A stretch of 64,000 nucleotides of DNA from an uncultured Gemmatimonadales bacterium. Lineage in GTDB: Bacteria > Gemmatimonadota > Gemmatimonadetes > Gemmatimonadales > GWC2-71-9. The stretch's first letter is position 1; each line of letters begins with the position of its first letter. The stretch covers positions 128,001 to 192,000 of the forward strand of contig CAVOGR010000005.1 of the NCBI GenBank assembly GCA_963695555.1, given 5' to 3'. The notes below the pieces were generated by a model that was given only the letters and a program-made list of their open reading frames with translations, did no database searches and was not told the origin of the DNA. Positions 10,093 through 20,738 of this stretch are shown here, in pieces. The position numbers were made by a program, and so were the translations under genes.

Positions 10093-11483
10093 GCGTGGGA
10101 TGGAATGAGAGGTGGCGCCTGGCGGAGCCGGATTGCCTGATCCGGCACCTCAGTGGGATACTGATTCGAGAAACAGGCGTGACAGAACCGGGAGTCGCCA
10201 CCCGCGGCCGCCAACATGCCCTCGAGCGACAGGTACGCCAGAGAGTCGACGCCGAGGTAGGCGCGGATCTCCTCCAACGACTGGCGGGTTGCGATCAACT
10301 CCTCGGGATACGGCGTATCGATGCCGTAGTGGCAGGGGCCGATAATGGGCGGCGACGCAAGTCGAAGGTGCACCTGTCGCGCCCCGGCAGACCGAATCAG
10401 CTGTACCAATCCCTTGCTCGTCGTGCCGCGGACGAGGCTGTCATCGATGACCGCGACTGACTTGCCCTCGATCACGTCGCGCACGGGATTGTACTTGATC
10501 CGGACTTTCTCGACCCGCAGTGCCTGGGACGGGTGAATGAAGGTGCGCCCGATGTAGTGGTTGCGGATCAGGCCATGCTCGAGCTTGATGCCCGAGACTT
10601 CGGAAAACCCCAACGCCATGGCATTGGAACTATCGGGAACGCTGAAGACCACCTCGGCGTCGTCGGCCGGGTGCTCCCGTGCCAGGTTCCGGCCTAGCTC
10701 CCGGCGGACGCGGTCGACCGACCGGCCGAACACCGTGCTGTCGGGCCGGGAGAAATACACCAGCTCGAAGACACATCGGCTCACCGGCCGGGGCTCGAGT
10801 GGCGGCAACTCTTCGAGCCGGCCGTCCGTGATCCGGACGAACTCACCCGGCTCGAACTCACGGACCAGCGTCGCGCCGATCAGATCGAAGGCACAGGTTT
10901 CCGAAGCGACGATGAGCCCGGCTCCGAGGCGACCGAGAAACAATGGTCGGAATCCGCGGCTGTCGACGGCGGCGTATAGGGTCCGCCCGACGCCGATGAT
11001 GAGACTGTACGCCCCTTCCACGCGCTCCAGTGCGCCACGAATCTGCTGCGCGGGATCGTTGGCCTTTGAACGCGCAACGAGGTGGACCAACACTTCGCTG
11101 TCGGTCGAGGTCATGAACAGCGCACCCTCGGCCACGAGGCGCTCTTTGATCTCGGCGGCGTTGGTGAGGTTCCCATTGTGCGAGAGGACCAAGGGAGCAT
11201 TGCGATAGTTAACCACGCACGGCTGCGCATTGGCCAGTACGGTGCTTCCCGCGGTCGAGTACCGGGTATGTCCGATGGCAACGTCACCGCGGAGGCCGTC
11301 GAGGACGGTGTCGGTGAACACCTCCGACACCAGCCCCATACCCAGGTGCGAGCGCGCCATGCCCTCGTCATCCAGCGCGACGATGCCGGCGCTTTCCTGC
11401 CCGCGATGCTGAAGTGCGTACAATCCCAAGTACGCCACCCGGGCGGCTTCAGGAACCCCGGAAACGCCAAAAACGCCACACAT
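10089..11483 (-). CDS. purF: Amidophosphoribosyltransferase
   Basis: N-terminal MCGVFG, LQHRGQESAG, GHTRYSTAG, PRPP loop VIDDSLVRGTT, Fe-S Cys (CHYGID, CHACF). Confidence 0.97.
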   Translation of the reverse strand: MCGVFGVSGVPEAARVAYLGLYALQHRGQESAGIVALDDEGMARSHLGMGLVSEVFTDTVLDGLRGDVAIGHTRYSTAGSTVLANAQPCVVNYRNAPLVLSHNGNLTNAAEIKERLVAEGALFMTSTDSEVLVHLVARSKANDPAQQIRGALERVEGAYSLIIGVGRTLYAAVDSRGFRPLFLGRLGAGLIVASETCAFDLIGATLVREFEPGEFVRITDGRLEELPPLEPRPVSRCVFELVYFSRPDSTVFGRSVDRVRRELGRNLAREHPADDAEVVFSVPDSSNAMALGFSEVSGIKLEHGLIRNHYIGRTFIHPSQALRVEKVRIKYNPVRDVIEGKSVAVIDDSLVRGTTSKGLVQLIRSAGARQVHLRLASPPIIGPCHYGIDTPYPEELIATRQSLEEIRAYLGVDSLAYLSLEGMLAAAGGDSRFCHACFSNQYPTEVPDQAIRLRQAPPLIPSHA

Positions 11484-11487
11484 CGTT

Positions 11488-13796
11488 CTAGGCCTCCACG
11501 CCGTCGCGGGAGAGAGAGAGACGCATCCGCCGGGGAATGGCGTCGAAGTAGATGGTCCGGAGCTTCCGGATGTCCCACGACAGCGCTACGTCGCCACAGC
11601 GAATCCTGAGCGGTGCGTCAGGAGCCCCAACCACTCCCACCGACGTGACGGGCACGCCGTGGTCGGACGCCAGAGTGCACAGCTGCTCTTCCTGCTCGGG
11701 GTCGCAGGTCGCCACCACCCGGCCACCATTTTCGCCAAAGAGCACGCGCTCCAGAGTCAAGTGGTTGGCGTGCGTCGTCAGGTCGACCGTCGCCCCCGAG
11801 CCCTGCGCCGCGTAGGGTCCGCCGATCGCCGATTCCGCGATGGCCACGGCAAGCCCGCCGTCGGAGCAGTCGTGAGCGGAGGCCAGGAGCTGTGCGCGCG
11901 CCGAGGCTACCAGAAATTGTTGCAGCCGCCGCTCAGCGTCGAGGTCCACGGGGAACGGCCGGCCGCCGACGAAATCGTGGGCGTCGGCCCAATAGGCCGA
12001 GCCACCCAATGCGCCGGTCGTTTCCCCAAGGACGAGGATCCGGTCGCCCGGCGCGCGAAAGTGGCTCGCCACGGCGTGTTGGACGTTCTCGAGGAGCCCG
12101 ACCATGCCAATGGTGGGAGTTGGGTCGATGGCGCCGAGCGGGCTCTCATTGTAGAACGACACATTCCCGCCGGTAACGGGCGTCTCGAAGGCGCGACACG
12201 CGTCACCAATGCCTCGGCACGCTTCCTGAAACTGGAAGAAAACCTCAGGCCGCTCCGGACTTCCGAAATTGAGGCAATCGGTAACACCGAGCGGCACCGC
12301 ACCGGTGCAGGCGATGTTGCGCGCAGCCTCCGCAACCGCGGCCTTTGCGCCTTCGTACGGGTCGAGCGCAACCAAGCGGGCATTGCAGTCGACGGTGAGG
12401 GCCAATGCGAACTCGGTTCCTTCGACACGCACGACGCCGGCGTCGCCGCCTGGGGTCAGGACACTGTTGGCCCGCACGGTGGAATCGTACTGCTCGTACA
12501 CCCACTGCTTGCTCGCGATCGAGGGGCAGTCGAGCAGCACTTCGAGCGCTCGCTCCGAGCTCAGGCGGGGCGTGGTGGCCGGCTCGGTCGCTCGCCGCAC
12601 CGCCACCGCCGGGTCTTCCCGTGCCGCGGGCGTGTACACCGGGCAGTCGGAGATCAGCCGCTCACCCGGAATTGCAGCCACCACGTGATCGCCATGGCGG
12701 ACCCGGTACACGCCGTCGTCGGTAACCGAGCCGATCGGCGTCGCGGTCAGTTCCCATTTCCGGCAGACGGCCTGGACCTCGGCGACCCGATTGGGCTCTG
12801 CTACCACCAGCATGCGCTCCTGCGACTCTGACAACAGGATTTCGTAGGGCGTCATGTCTGGTACCCGCACGGGGACGAGTGCCGTGTCGATGTCCACTCC
12901 GACGCCTCCACGCGCCGCCATTTCCGCTGAGGAACTGGTGAGGCCGGCTGCCCCCATGTCCTGGATGGCGACGATGATGCGCTGCTCGATCAACTCGAGG
13001 CTGGCTTCGAGGAGGAGCTTCTCGGTGAACGGGTCGCCCACTTGCACCTGTGGACGCCGGGCCTCGCTCTCCTCGGTGAGTTCTTCGGACGCGAAGCTCG
13101 CGCCGTGGATCCCGTCTCTCCCGGTGCGGGCGCCTACCACGAGCAGCACGTTGCCGGCGCCCTCCGCCTTGGCCCGCATGACGTCGTCGGCACGCAGGAG
13201 TCCGAGCACATGGCATTGACGAGGGGGTTCCCGTCGTACCTCCGATCGAAGACCACCTCGCCGCCGAGGGTCGGGATGCCGACGCAGTTGCCGTAGTCGC
13301 CGACGCCGCGCACCACACCCGCGAAGAGGTAGCGGTTCCGCCGGGTCGTCGAGTCGGTCCGAAGCGCAGGCAGTCCAGGACCGCGATGGGCCTGGCACCC
13401 ATGGTAAAGATGTCACGCAGAATGCCCCCGACCCCGGTGGCCGCGCCTTGGTACGGTTCCACGGCCGAGGGATGATTGTGGGACTCGATCTTGAATGCCA
13501 CGGCCCAGCCGTCCGGCAGCGCAAGCACACCGGCGTTCTCGCCCGGACCCTGGAGCACGCGCCCGCCCGTGGTCGGAAAGGTCCGGAGGGCCGGCTTCGA
13601 GTGTCTTGTAGCCACAGTGCTCCGACCACAGGGCGCAGAAGATGCCCAGCTCGGTCAGAGTCGGCGTGCGGCCGAGCATGGCCACGATGCGCTGGTATTC
13701 CAGGTCAGTGAGGTTATGCGTCCGGACCAGCTCCGGCCCAACAGCCGGCTCGCCGGAGAGCGGTGTGGCGTCGAGGACCGCGCTTGGAGGCGTCAC
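11488..13796 (-). CDS. purL: Phosphoribosylformylglycinamidine synthase II (indels near the 5' end)
   Basis: [84 protein letters not shown], spread over three frames between about 13200 and 13610; start approximate. Confidence 0.9.
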
Positions 13797-13824
13797 GTCG
13801 ATTCCCAGAGGGCAACGCCCGTCG

Positions 13825-14147
13825 TCATTCCGACTTCGACCCCCGCAGGGTTGCGCTGATGTCGCTGAACCCCGTCCGAGGAGACCGGTGTCGTCCTTGG
13901 CCATCAGGGCTTCGAGTTCTCCAGCGTCGAGCCAGATGCCCCCGCAGTGCGGGCACCGCTCGATCTGGACCCCGTGGAACGTCTCGGTGGCAATGTCTCG
14001 ACCATCCTTCGGACACTTCATGTAGTGGGTCCGGCGCTCCGCTTCCAGCTCGGCCTCCTGGCGCTGTTTGCGGTGGGACTCCAACAGCTCGAGATCCCTG
14101 CGCGCGTGGTACTCCTCCTCGTTCTTGCTTGGCTTATCAGGGGTCAT
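13825..14147 (-). CDS. TFIIB-type zinc-finger protein (one indel near 13873)
   Basis: [13 protein letters not shown]...MKCPKDG...[19 protein letters not shown]-terminus [14 protein letters not shown] continues in another frame. Confidence 0.8.
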
Positions 14148-14179
14148 TGGCGTTTCCGTGTCGGCGTCGGGGGAGACGG

Positions 14180-14518
14180 TTAGGGGCTGGCGGCCGGGAG
14201 CGTTGGTTCGGGCACCCGCTCACTCGGTGATGATGACACACCGTCGTAGCTATGGAAACTCGCCCGGGCCACGGCATCGACCACCTGCCCACCCTGGAGG
14301 ATAACCAGATCGTGCATGCCACATGTCTTCAGGCATCCGTTCTCGAAGAACATGTACATGAACTCGCCTCGCTGGCGGACCATCAACGGCTCGCCCCAGG
14401 ACTCGCGAACCTGGACCTCCGTCATGCCTGGCCGGATGACTTGGGCTTGCTGGGCCGGCAACGTGTTGCCCAGGGCGGCAAGCACGAGTGTCAACACTGC
14501 TAAGGGGACGATTCGCAT
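14180..14518 (-). CDS. Small secreted protein, SmpA/BamE-like motif
   Basis: Signal peptide [34 protein letters not shown] resembles the SmpA/OmlA signature; start overlaps the purQ stop. Confidence 0.65.
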   Translation of the reverse strand: MRIVPLAVLTLVLAALGNTLPAQQAQVIRPGMTEVQVRESWGEPLMVRQRGEFMYMFFENGCLKTCGMHDLVILQGGQVVDAVARASFHSYDGVSSSPSERVPEPTLPAASP

Positions 14519-15204
14519 CAGGCTACTCCTTTAAGAACGCGGGTCCACGACGCCACTGAGCGGAAGAAGCCGGCACCGTCGCTGTTACCGAGCGCGGCCT
14601 CGGCAACGCGCTCGGGATGTGGCATGATCCCCACGATGTTTCCAGCGGCATTCGAAATACCGGCAATATCGGCGGTTGATCCGTTGGGGTTCTCACCGGG
14701 CACGTAGCGGAGGACGACACAGTGCTCGGCCTCCAGCTGTCGGCGGACCTCCTCGGACGCCTCAAAGCGTCCCTCTCCGTGAGCCACCGGAAGCACCAGT
14801 TCCGCTCCCTGATCGTACGTACTGGTGAATGGCGTCGTGGTGCGCTCCACCCGAACCCGAACCGGTCGCGAGACGAACGTGAGCCCGGCGTTGCGCATGA
14901 GCGCGCCGGGTAGGAGACCGGTCTCACAGAGAATCTGGAACCCATTGCAGATGCCGAAGACCGCCCCACCACTGGCGGCATGCCGGCGCACCGCCTCCAT
15001 CACCGGGCTGAACCGGGCGATCGCCCCTGAGCGCAGGTAATCGCCGTAGCTGAACCCGCCGGGCAGCACCACCAAGTCGACGCCGCGTATGTCCGCTTCG
15101 CGGTGCCAGACGAAGGTCGTCGCGATGCCGGCGGCTTCCAAGGCGCGGCCGGTCTCGGTCTCGCAATTGCTGCCGGGAAAACGGATCACCGCGGCGCGGG
15201 TCAT
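14518..15204 (-). CDS. purQ: FGAM synthase glutaminase subunit
   Basis: FPGSNCE, PGGFSYGDYLRSGAIA, GICNGFQ, AHGEG, NPNGS, MPHPER. Confidence 0.97.
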   Translation of the reverse strand: MTRAAVIRFPGSNCETETGRALEAAGIATTFVWHREADIRGVDLVVLPGGFSYGDYLRSGAIARFSPVMEAVRRHAASGGAVFGICNGFQILCETGLLPGALMRNAGLTFVSRPVRVRVERTTTPFTSTYDQGAELVLPVAHGEGRFEASEEVRRQLEAEHCVVLRYVPGENPNGSTADIAGISNAAGNIVGIMPHPERVAEAALGNSDGAGFFRSVASWTRVLKGVA

Positions 15205-15452
15205 GATGCCACGACCTCGACGAGAAAATCCTCCGTCACGGGATTGGCGAGGAGCCGCTCACACATGGCGTGGGCACGGCGCTCCGCATCCGCTGCCGAC
15301 CCCGCCTCGATGCTGAGCTCAACGGCCCGGCCCATGCGGACCGCCGCCGCTTCCGAAAAACCAAGCTCTGTCAGCGCTCGTTCCACAGCTTGACCCTCGG
15401 GGTCCAGCAAGCCAGCCCGCGGCATGACGCGAACCAAGACACGGAAGGTCAT
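15201..15452 (-). CDS. purS: FGAM synthase subunit PurS
   Basis: LLDPEGQAV, MCERLLANPVTEDF; 83 aa. Confidence 0.95.
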   Translation of the reverse strand: MTFRVLVRVMPRAGLLDPEGQAVERALTELGFSEAAAVRMGRAVELSIEAGSAADAERRAHAMCERLLANPVTEDFLVEVVAS

Positions 15453-16306
15453 TCGCCCTTCCCCCGTCGCCGAGGGGCATCCTCGATTCGATGAACCGAC
15501 GGTGCGAACGTGGCGTGGTCGGCGGGATACCCCGCGTTATGGTCTTCCGTCCGCTCCAGCAAGCTGTACACCGTCGCGCGAAGCAAGCCGTATACGATAT
15601 AGGTCATGCCAAACGGGAAGAAGAAGTATTCCGGGATGAGAAGGCCGCCTGCCAGGATGGTCAGATGAAGCACCAGGCCAAGGATTCCCCGGGACGATCG
15701 TATCCCGATTCCGGGCAGCTTGGGATATCGGACATTGCTGACCATCAACGCCGCCAAGCCCAGCATGAGGAGCACGAGAAAGAGCTGGGAGTTGATCAGT
15801 GCGAGGTTGGCCTGACCCCATGGTGTCTGGATGAACGGGTAGTAGACCGCGAGCGCCATCCCCCCGGCGGTGGACGGCAAGCCGGTGAACCACCGGCTGG
15901 AATCACCCCCCGGGGTCGACACGTTGTAGCGAGCCAGCCTGAGGGCCACCGAGACCAGGTAGATGAAACAAATAACCCATGCGAAGCGGCCGGCCTGGGC
16001 GAACTCGAGGAAGTACATGAGGAGCGCCGGCGCCACTCCAAACGAGATGAGATCGACCAGCGAGTCGAGCTCTGCCCCAAATCGACTGCCGGTCCGGGAC
16101 AATCGGGCGATCCGACCATCGAGCATGTCCAGGACGCCGGAAATGACGATGAACCACCCGGCCCAAATGAAGTTCCCGGTGGAGGCCGAAACGATGGACC
16201 AGAAACCAAAGAAGAGGTTCCCGATCGTGAACGCGCTCGGGAGCACGACCACCCCGCGTCGCCGCGGGCGCCGCCGCGGGCGCGGGTGTCTGACATTCAG
16301 GTCCAT
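15449..16306 (-). CDS. pssA: CDP-diacylglycerol--serine O-phosphatidyltransferase
   Basis: LPSAFTIGNLFFGF, DMLDGRIAR...FGAELDSLVDLISFGVAPA, RLARYN, FTGLPS. Confidence 0.93.
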   Translation of the reverse strand: MDLNVRHPRPRRRPRRRGVVVLPSAFTIGNLFFGFWSIVSASTGNFIWAGWFIVISGVLDMLDGRIARLSRTGSRFGAELDSLVDLISFGVAPALLMYFLEFAQAGRFAWVICFIYLVSVALRLARYNVSTPGGDSSRWFTGLPSTAGGMALAVYYPFIQTPWGQANLALINSQLFLVLLMLGLAALMVSNVRYPKLPGIGIRSSRGILGLVLHLTILAGGLLIPEYFFFPFGMTYIVYGLLRATVYSLLERTEDHNAGYPADHATFAPSVHRIEDAPRRRGKGE

Positions 16307-16920
16307 TGTGCCACCACCGTGAGTCCCGCTTTGGTTCGATCGCCCACGCCCACCATGACCCGCGTGGTTGTAGGCAGGAACACATCGACGCGGCTGCCGA
16401 ACCGGATCATGCCCAGTCGGGCGCCCTGTTCCACTCGAGTGCCGACTGCATGGTCGGTAACGATGCGCCGCGCAACCAGACCCGCAATTTGACGGACGAG
16501 CACCTTCCCCCGCTCTGTGGCAAGCCCCACCGTCGACTGCTCGTTGTCGGTGCTCGCCTTTTCGGATGCCGCGTGGAGAAAGCGTCCCGGGTGATAGTCG
16601 CGAAAGGCCACCGTGCCAGCCGTCGGATACCGATTCACATGGACGTCGAACACGTTCATGAAAATCGAGATCCTGTTCGTCGGGCCACCGTGAAAGGTAG
16701 GCTCTTCGATTTCCCGCACACTGACGACCTTCCCATCGGCCGGAGCCAGGACTAGATCATGGCCGCGCGGTCCCTGGCGCTCAGGATCCCGAAAGAAGGC
16801 GACAACCCAGAGCAGGATTGGGAACCAGATCACCGCCCAGCGCCAATCGATCAGGGCCAGGAGCGCCAATACCAGCACGGCCCCTAGAATGAACGGACGT
16901 CCCTCGGGAGCTAGTCTCAT
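16297..16920 (-). CDS. psd: Phosphatidylserine decarboxylase (short type)
   Basis: FFRDPER, APADGKV, ISIFMNVFDVHVNR, QIAGLVARRI, cleavage motif RFGSRVD. Confidence 0.93.
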   Translation of the reverse strand: MRLAPEGRPFILGAVLVLALLALIDWRWAVIWFPILLWVVAFFRDPERQGPRGHDLVLAPADGKVVSVREIEEPTFHGGPTNRISIFMNVFDVHVNRYPTAGTVAFRDYHPGRFLHAASEKASTDNEQSTVGLATERGKVLVRQIAGLVARRIVTDHAVGTRVEQGARLGMIRFGSRVDVFLPTTTRVMVGVGDRTKAGLTVVAQWT

Positions 16921-16924
16921 GCTG

Positions 16925-17842
16925 CTAGTCCCCAGCCAAGGAGTGTCCCGTCAGTCGCTCGAATGCCTCGAGATACCGCGAGCTGGTCGACGCCACGACC
17001 TCCGGTGGCAAGGGCGGCGGTGGCGCCTCGCCGTTCCAGCGCCCGGCCCGCTTCAACCCTGCCAGGTAGTCCCGGAGCGGTTGCTTGTCGAAACTCGGCT
17101 GCCCGACACCGGGGCAATAGCGATCCGCTGGCCAAAACCGTGAAGAGTCCGGAGTCAGGAGCTCGTCAATGAGCAGCACCTGGCCCGTGCCATCGATGCC
17201 GAACTCGAACTTGGTGTCGGCGATGATGATTCCCCGGTCGGCCGCGTGTCGCTGCCCGGCGCGGTACAACGCCAGGCTCGCGTCCCGGACTCGATCCGCG
17301 GTCTCGGCTCCCAACGCGTCGACCATCGCCGGGTAGCTGATATTCTCGTCGTGGCCGGTGTCAGCTTTGGTCGCGGGCGAGAAGAGCGGAGGGTCGAGCG
17401 AGACGCTTTCGACGAGGTTCGGGGGCAGCGGCTGCCCAGCCAGCGTTCCGTGCGCCCGGTATTCCGCCCAGGCCGACCCCGCCAGATAGCCGCGGACGAC
17501 GCATTCGAAGAGGATGGGTGTGGTGCGTCGGGCCAACATGGACCGGCCGGCCAACGAGGCACGCTCCGGCCCGAGGACGGGGAGCCGCTCCACGATCACG
17601 TCGATGTCGGCCGTGATGTAATGCGACGGGACCGTGCCGCTGAGCTGCTCAAACCAGAAGGCGCTGAGCTGGGTGAGCACCTGCCCCTTCTCGGGGATGG
17701 CCTCGTTCATGACGACATCAAAGGCGCTGATCCGGTCGCTCGTCACGATGAGCAGCATGTCCGATCCGGCGTCGTAGACTTCGCGGACCTTTCCCCGTCG
17801 GAGCAGGGGTAACGGGAATCGACTCGCAGTCTTGAGATTCAT
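16925..17842 (-). CDS. purC: SAICAR synthase
   Basis: GKVREVY, SDRISAFD, ECVVRGYLAGS, FSPATKA, IADTKFEFG, DELLTPDSSRFW, FDKQPLRD. Confidence 0.97.
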   Translation of the reverse strand: MNLKTASRFPLPLLRRGKVREVYDAGSDMLLIVTSDRISAFDVVMNEAIPEKGQVLTQLSAFWFEQLSGTVPSHYITADIDVIVERLPVLGPERASLAGRSMLARRTTPILFECVVRGYLAGSAWAEYRAHGTLAGQPLPPNLVESVSLDPPLFSPATKADTGHDENISYPAMVDALGAETADRVRDASLALYRAGQRHAADRGIIIADTKFEFGIDGTGQVLLIDELLTPDSSRFWPADRYCPGVGQPSFDKQPLRDYLAGLKRAGRWNGEAPPPPLPPEVVASTSSRYLEAFERLTGHSLAGD

Positions 17843-19278
17843 ACCTGGACCTCGGCTGGATCCGCCACGGCGGCGAGCTCTCGCGCCCGTGCGAGTAGCG
17901 GATGGAAGTAGTCACCCAGGAATTCGTCAACCTGCTCCGGCGCTCGCCCCACGAAGTGGCGCGGATTCAGTTCGTTCGCGAGCGTCGCCTCGGGAACGGC
18001 ACGAAAGGCCGGATCGCCTGCCAATCGGGCCAAGAGATCGTTCGGTTGGCCGCGACGAACCAGCTCCGCCACCGCATGGCTGTGACGCCGGATGACTTCG
18101 TGCAGCGTTTGCCGGTCGCCCCCGGCGGCGACGCCCAGCATCAACCACCGCTCGGTAGCCATGAAGGGCATTTCGGCGTCGACATGACGTCGAATCGCAT
18201 CCTGCCCCACCTCCAGGCCGGCCGTCACGTTGGCAGCTAGGACCAGGAGCGCGTCAGCCACCAGGAAGGCCTCCGGCAGCACGAGGCGCCGGTTGGCGCT
18301 GTCGTCCAACGTGCGCTCGAGCCACTGCGCCGCCGCTGTGTGCGCGGTGTTGGCCTGCAGTGAGATGAGGAATCGTGCCAGCCCGGACATTCGTTCGGCA
18401 CGCATCGGGTTCCGCTTATAGGCCATGGCGCTCGAACCGACTTGCTCCGGCCCGAAGCCTTCGAACACCTCGCCCTCGTGCTGCAACAATCTGAGGTCAC
18501 CAGCCAGCTTGGCCGAGGACTGGGCTATCCCGCTCAGAGCGTCGAGCACGACGCTGTCCTGCTTCCGGGGATAGGTCTGCCCGGTCACGGGGAATAGCCG
18601 GGTGAAACCGAGCTTCGCTGCGATACGGCGCTCGAGTTCCCGGACCTTGTCGTGGTCGCCTTCGAACAGGTCGATGAACGATGCCTGAGTGCCGGTGGTC
18701 CCCTTGCACCCGCGGAATCGCAGGCCGTCGAGCCGATCGCAAATGGTCTCGACATCGATCGCGAAGTCCTGCATCCACAGCGTGGCACGCTTCCCGACGG
18801 TGGTGAGTTGAGCCGGTTGGAAATGGGTGTAGGCAAGGCAGGGCAGGTCCCTGGTCCGTCGCGCGAACGCTTCGAGACCCGTCAGGACGGTGATCAGACG
18901 CCCCAGCAAGAGCCGGAGGGCATCGCGCATGATCATGAGGTCGGCGTTGTCGGTCACGAACGCGCTGGTGGCACCCAGATGGAGATGGCCGCGCGCCTCC
19001 GGGGCCTGATCGCCGAAGGCGTGGATGTGGGCCATGACGTCGTGGCGGAACCGACGCTCGTACGCTGCCGCAGCATCGAGGTCGACATCGTCCAGATGCT
19101 CGCGCATTTGCCTGAGCGCGGCCTCGGGGATGCCGAGGCCGAGTTCCTGTTGGGCCTCGGCCAACGCGAGCCAGAGGCGGCGCCAGAGTGCAATCCGCCG
19201 ACGCTCGCCCCACAGCCGCTGCATGGCCGGCGATGCATAGCGGGTCTCGAGCGGCGAGCGGTATGTATCCTGGCTCAC
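17839..19278 (-). CDS. purB: Adenylosuccinate lyase
   Basis: YRSPLETRYAS, HDVMAH, HLGATS, THFQPAQ, GSSAMAYKRNP, WLERTLDDSA. Confidence 0.96.
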   Translation of the reverse strand: MSQDTYRSPLETRYASPAMQRLWGERRRIALWRRLWLALAEAQQELGLGIPEAALRQMREHLDDVDLDAAAAYERRFRHDVMAHIHAFGDQAPEARGHLHLGATSAFVTDNADLMIMRDALRLLLGRLITVLTGLEAFARRTRDLPCLAYTHFQPAQLTTVGKRATLWMQDFAIDVETICDRLDGLRFRGCKGTTGTQASFIDLFEGDHDKVRELERRIAAKLGFTRLFPVTGQTYPRKQDSVVLDALSGIAQSSAKLAGDLRLLQHEGEVFEGFGPEQVGSSAMAYKRNPMRAERMSGLARFLISLQANTAHTAAAQWLERTLDDSANRRLVLPEAFLVADALLVLAANVTAGLEVGQDAIRRHVDAEMPFMATERWLMLGVAAGGDRQTLHEVIRRHSHAVAELVRRGQPNDLLARLAGDPAFRAVPEATLANELNPRHFVGRAPEQVDEFLGDYFHPLLARARELAAVADPAEVQV

Positions 19279-20738
19279 TGGAATACCAGGTCGGTGAAGA
19301 TGACCCGCCCGCGGCGCTCGAAGTACACGCGGAACTGTTGGCGCGAACGGAGCGAGTTCAGAAACTCGCCGACGTGCTCAGCTCGCCGGATGCGGGTCCG
19401 GTCCATGCCCAGGATGACGTCTCCCTCCTGCAATCCCGTTGCTCGCGCCACGGTGGGGGAAATGCGCACGATGAGCGCGCCTTCGCTGCTCTCGAGGCCG
19501 CGCTCCGACTGGATGGCGGGGTCCACGGTGATGAGCTGGAGGTCGCGCAAGACCGTCACGCGTTCGGCGGTGACGGTGGGCAAGTCGGCGGTCACGATGC
19601 GGCGTTCCTGACTGCGGCCGGCCGAGCCCAGGGTCACGTGAACGGTGTCCCCGACGAGCAGGTCGAGCTTGACCGCTTCCCAGTCGAGGAAATTCCTGAG
19701 CCGCCGGCCGTTGGCCTCCGTCAGAACGTCGCCCGACTTGATCCCGACCTGCCCAGCGGGACCCCCTGGCGCGACGGTGATGACCGACACGCCGCCTTGG
19801 GCTTTCCAGTCACGCATCGCGTCGGCCCCGGCGACGTCGAGGCCGGTCCACGCTCGTCGCACGGAGCCGCTGCGCAGCAGCTGCAGGGCCACCCGCACCG
19901 CCCGCTCCACCGGAATGGCAAAGCCGAGGCCGATCGAACTGCCGGTCGGACTGAAGATCGAGGAATTGACGCCGACCACTTCGCCCAGGGCGTTACTGAG
20001 CGGGCCGCCCGAGTTGCCGGGATTGATGGCGGCGTCGGTCTGGATCATGTCCAGGTAGAGCCCGGGCTGGTCTCCACTCGGCACGATGTTCCGCCCCGTT
20101 GCGCTGACCACTCCGGCGGTGACGGTTGGTTCGGCATTGCCCAGCAGGTAGCCGTACGGATTTCCCAAGGCGACGACCCATTCGCCGATCATGAGATCGG
20201 TGCTCCGACCCAACGGCGCCACCGGCAAGTTCTGGCGGTCGATCTTGAGGACGGCGATATCCGTGATGGGATCCTCGCCGACCAGTGTTGCCGTCGCCTC
20301 GGCCCCGTCGCTCAGCATGACCACGATCGAGTCGGCGCCGGCCACCACGTGCTGATTGGTGATGACTACGCCGTCGGGCTGGATGACGAACCCGGTCCCG
20401 CTGCTCCGAACGCGACGTTCCCCAAGCTGCGGCACGAAGAACAGATCCCACGGCGAACGCTGGACCCGGCGCCGCGAGGTCACGTTGATCGACACGACCG
20501 CCGGACCGACACGCGCGACGGCATCGACAATGGCCGTGCGCCGGCTCGAGGCGATCGATCCCTGGGCTGCCGGGCGCTCGGTTGCGACTTGGAGGGTGGC
20601 GCCCGCGAGCGCGACCTGCCGGCCGGCGGGTCGCTCACCGCAGCCGGCCGCGACCAGGAGACCGGTCAGGACCGGCAATGCCCACCGTGCGGTGGGCATC
20701 GCTCGCACCATTGCCGGTGTTCGTCTTACTCGGAACAT
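19275..20738 (-). CDS. HtrA/DegP-family serine protease with two PDZ domains, probable lipoprotein
   Basis: GTGFVI, TNQHVV, DIAVL, IQTDAAINPGNSGGPL; lipobox LLVAAGC; true start may be slightly downstream. Confidence 0.92.
   Translation of the reverse strand: MFRVRRTPAMVRAMPTARWALPVLTGLLVAAGCGERPAGRQVALAGATLQVATERPAAQGSIASSRRTAIVDAVARVGPAVVSINVTSRRRVQRSPWDLFFVPQLGERRVRSSGTGFVIQPDGVVITNQHVVAGADSIVVMLSDGAEATATLVGEDPITDIAVLKIDRQNLPVAPLGRSTDLMIGEWVVALGNPYGYLLGNAEPTVTAGVVSATGRNIVPSGDQPGLYLDMIQTDAAINPGNSGGPLSNALGEVVGVNSSIFSPTGSSIGLGFAIPVERAVRVALQLLRSGSVRRAWTGLDVAGADAMRDWKAQGGVSVITVAPGGPAGQVGIKSGDVLTEANGRRLRNFLDWEAVKLDLLVGDTVHVTLGSAGRSQERRIVTADLPTVTAERVTVLRDLQLITVDPAIQSERGLESSEGALIVRISPTVARATGLQEGDVILGMDRTRIRRAEHVGEFLNSLRSRQQFRVYFERRGRVIFTDLVFQ

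Noticed and set aside
13190..13880. Programmed frameshifting or pseudogenisation in purL and the Zn-finger gene
   Set aside because: Clustered single-base indels with no slippery heptamer or stimulatory structure seen, and motifs intact on both sides within an otherwise complete pur operon. This is typical of low-coverage long-read error; raw reads would settle it.
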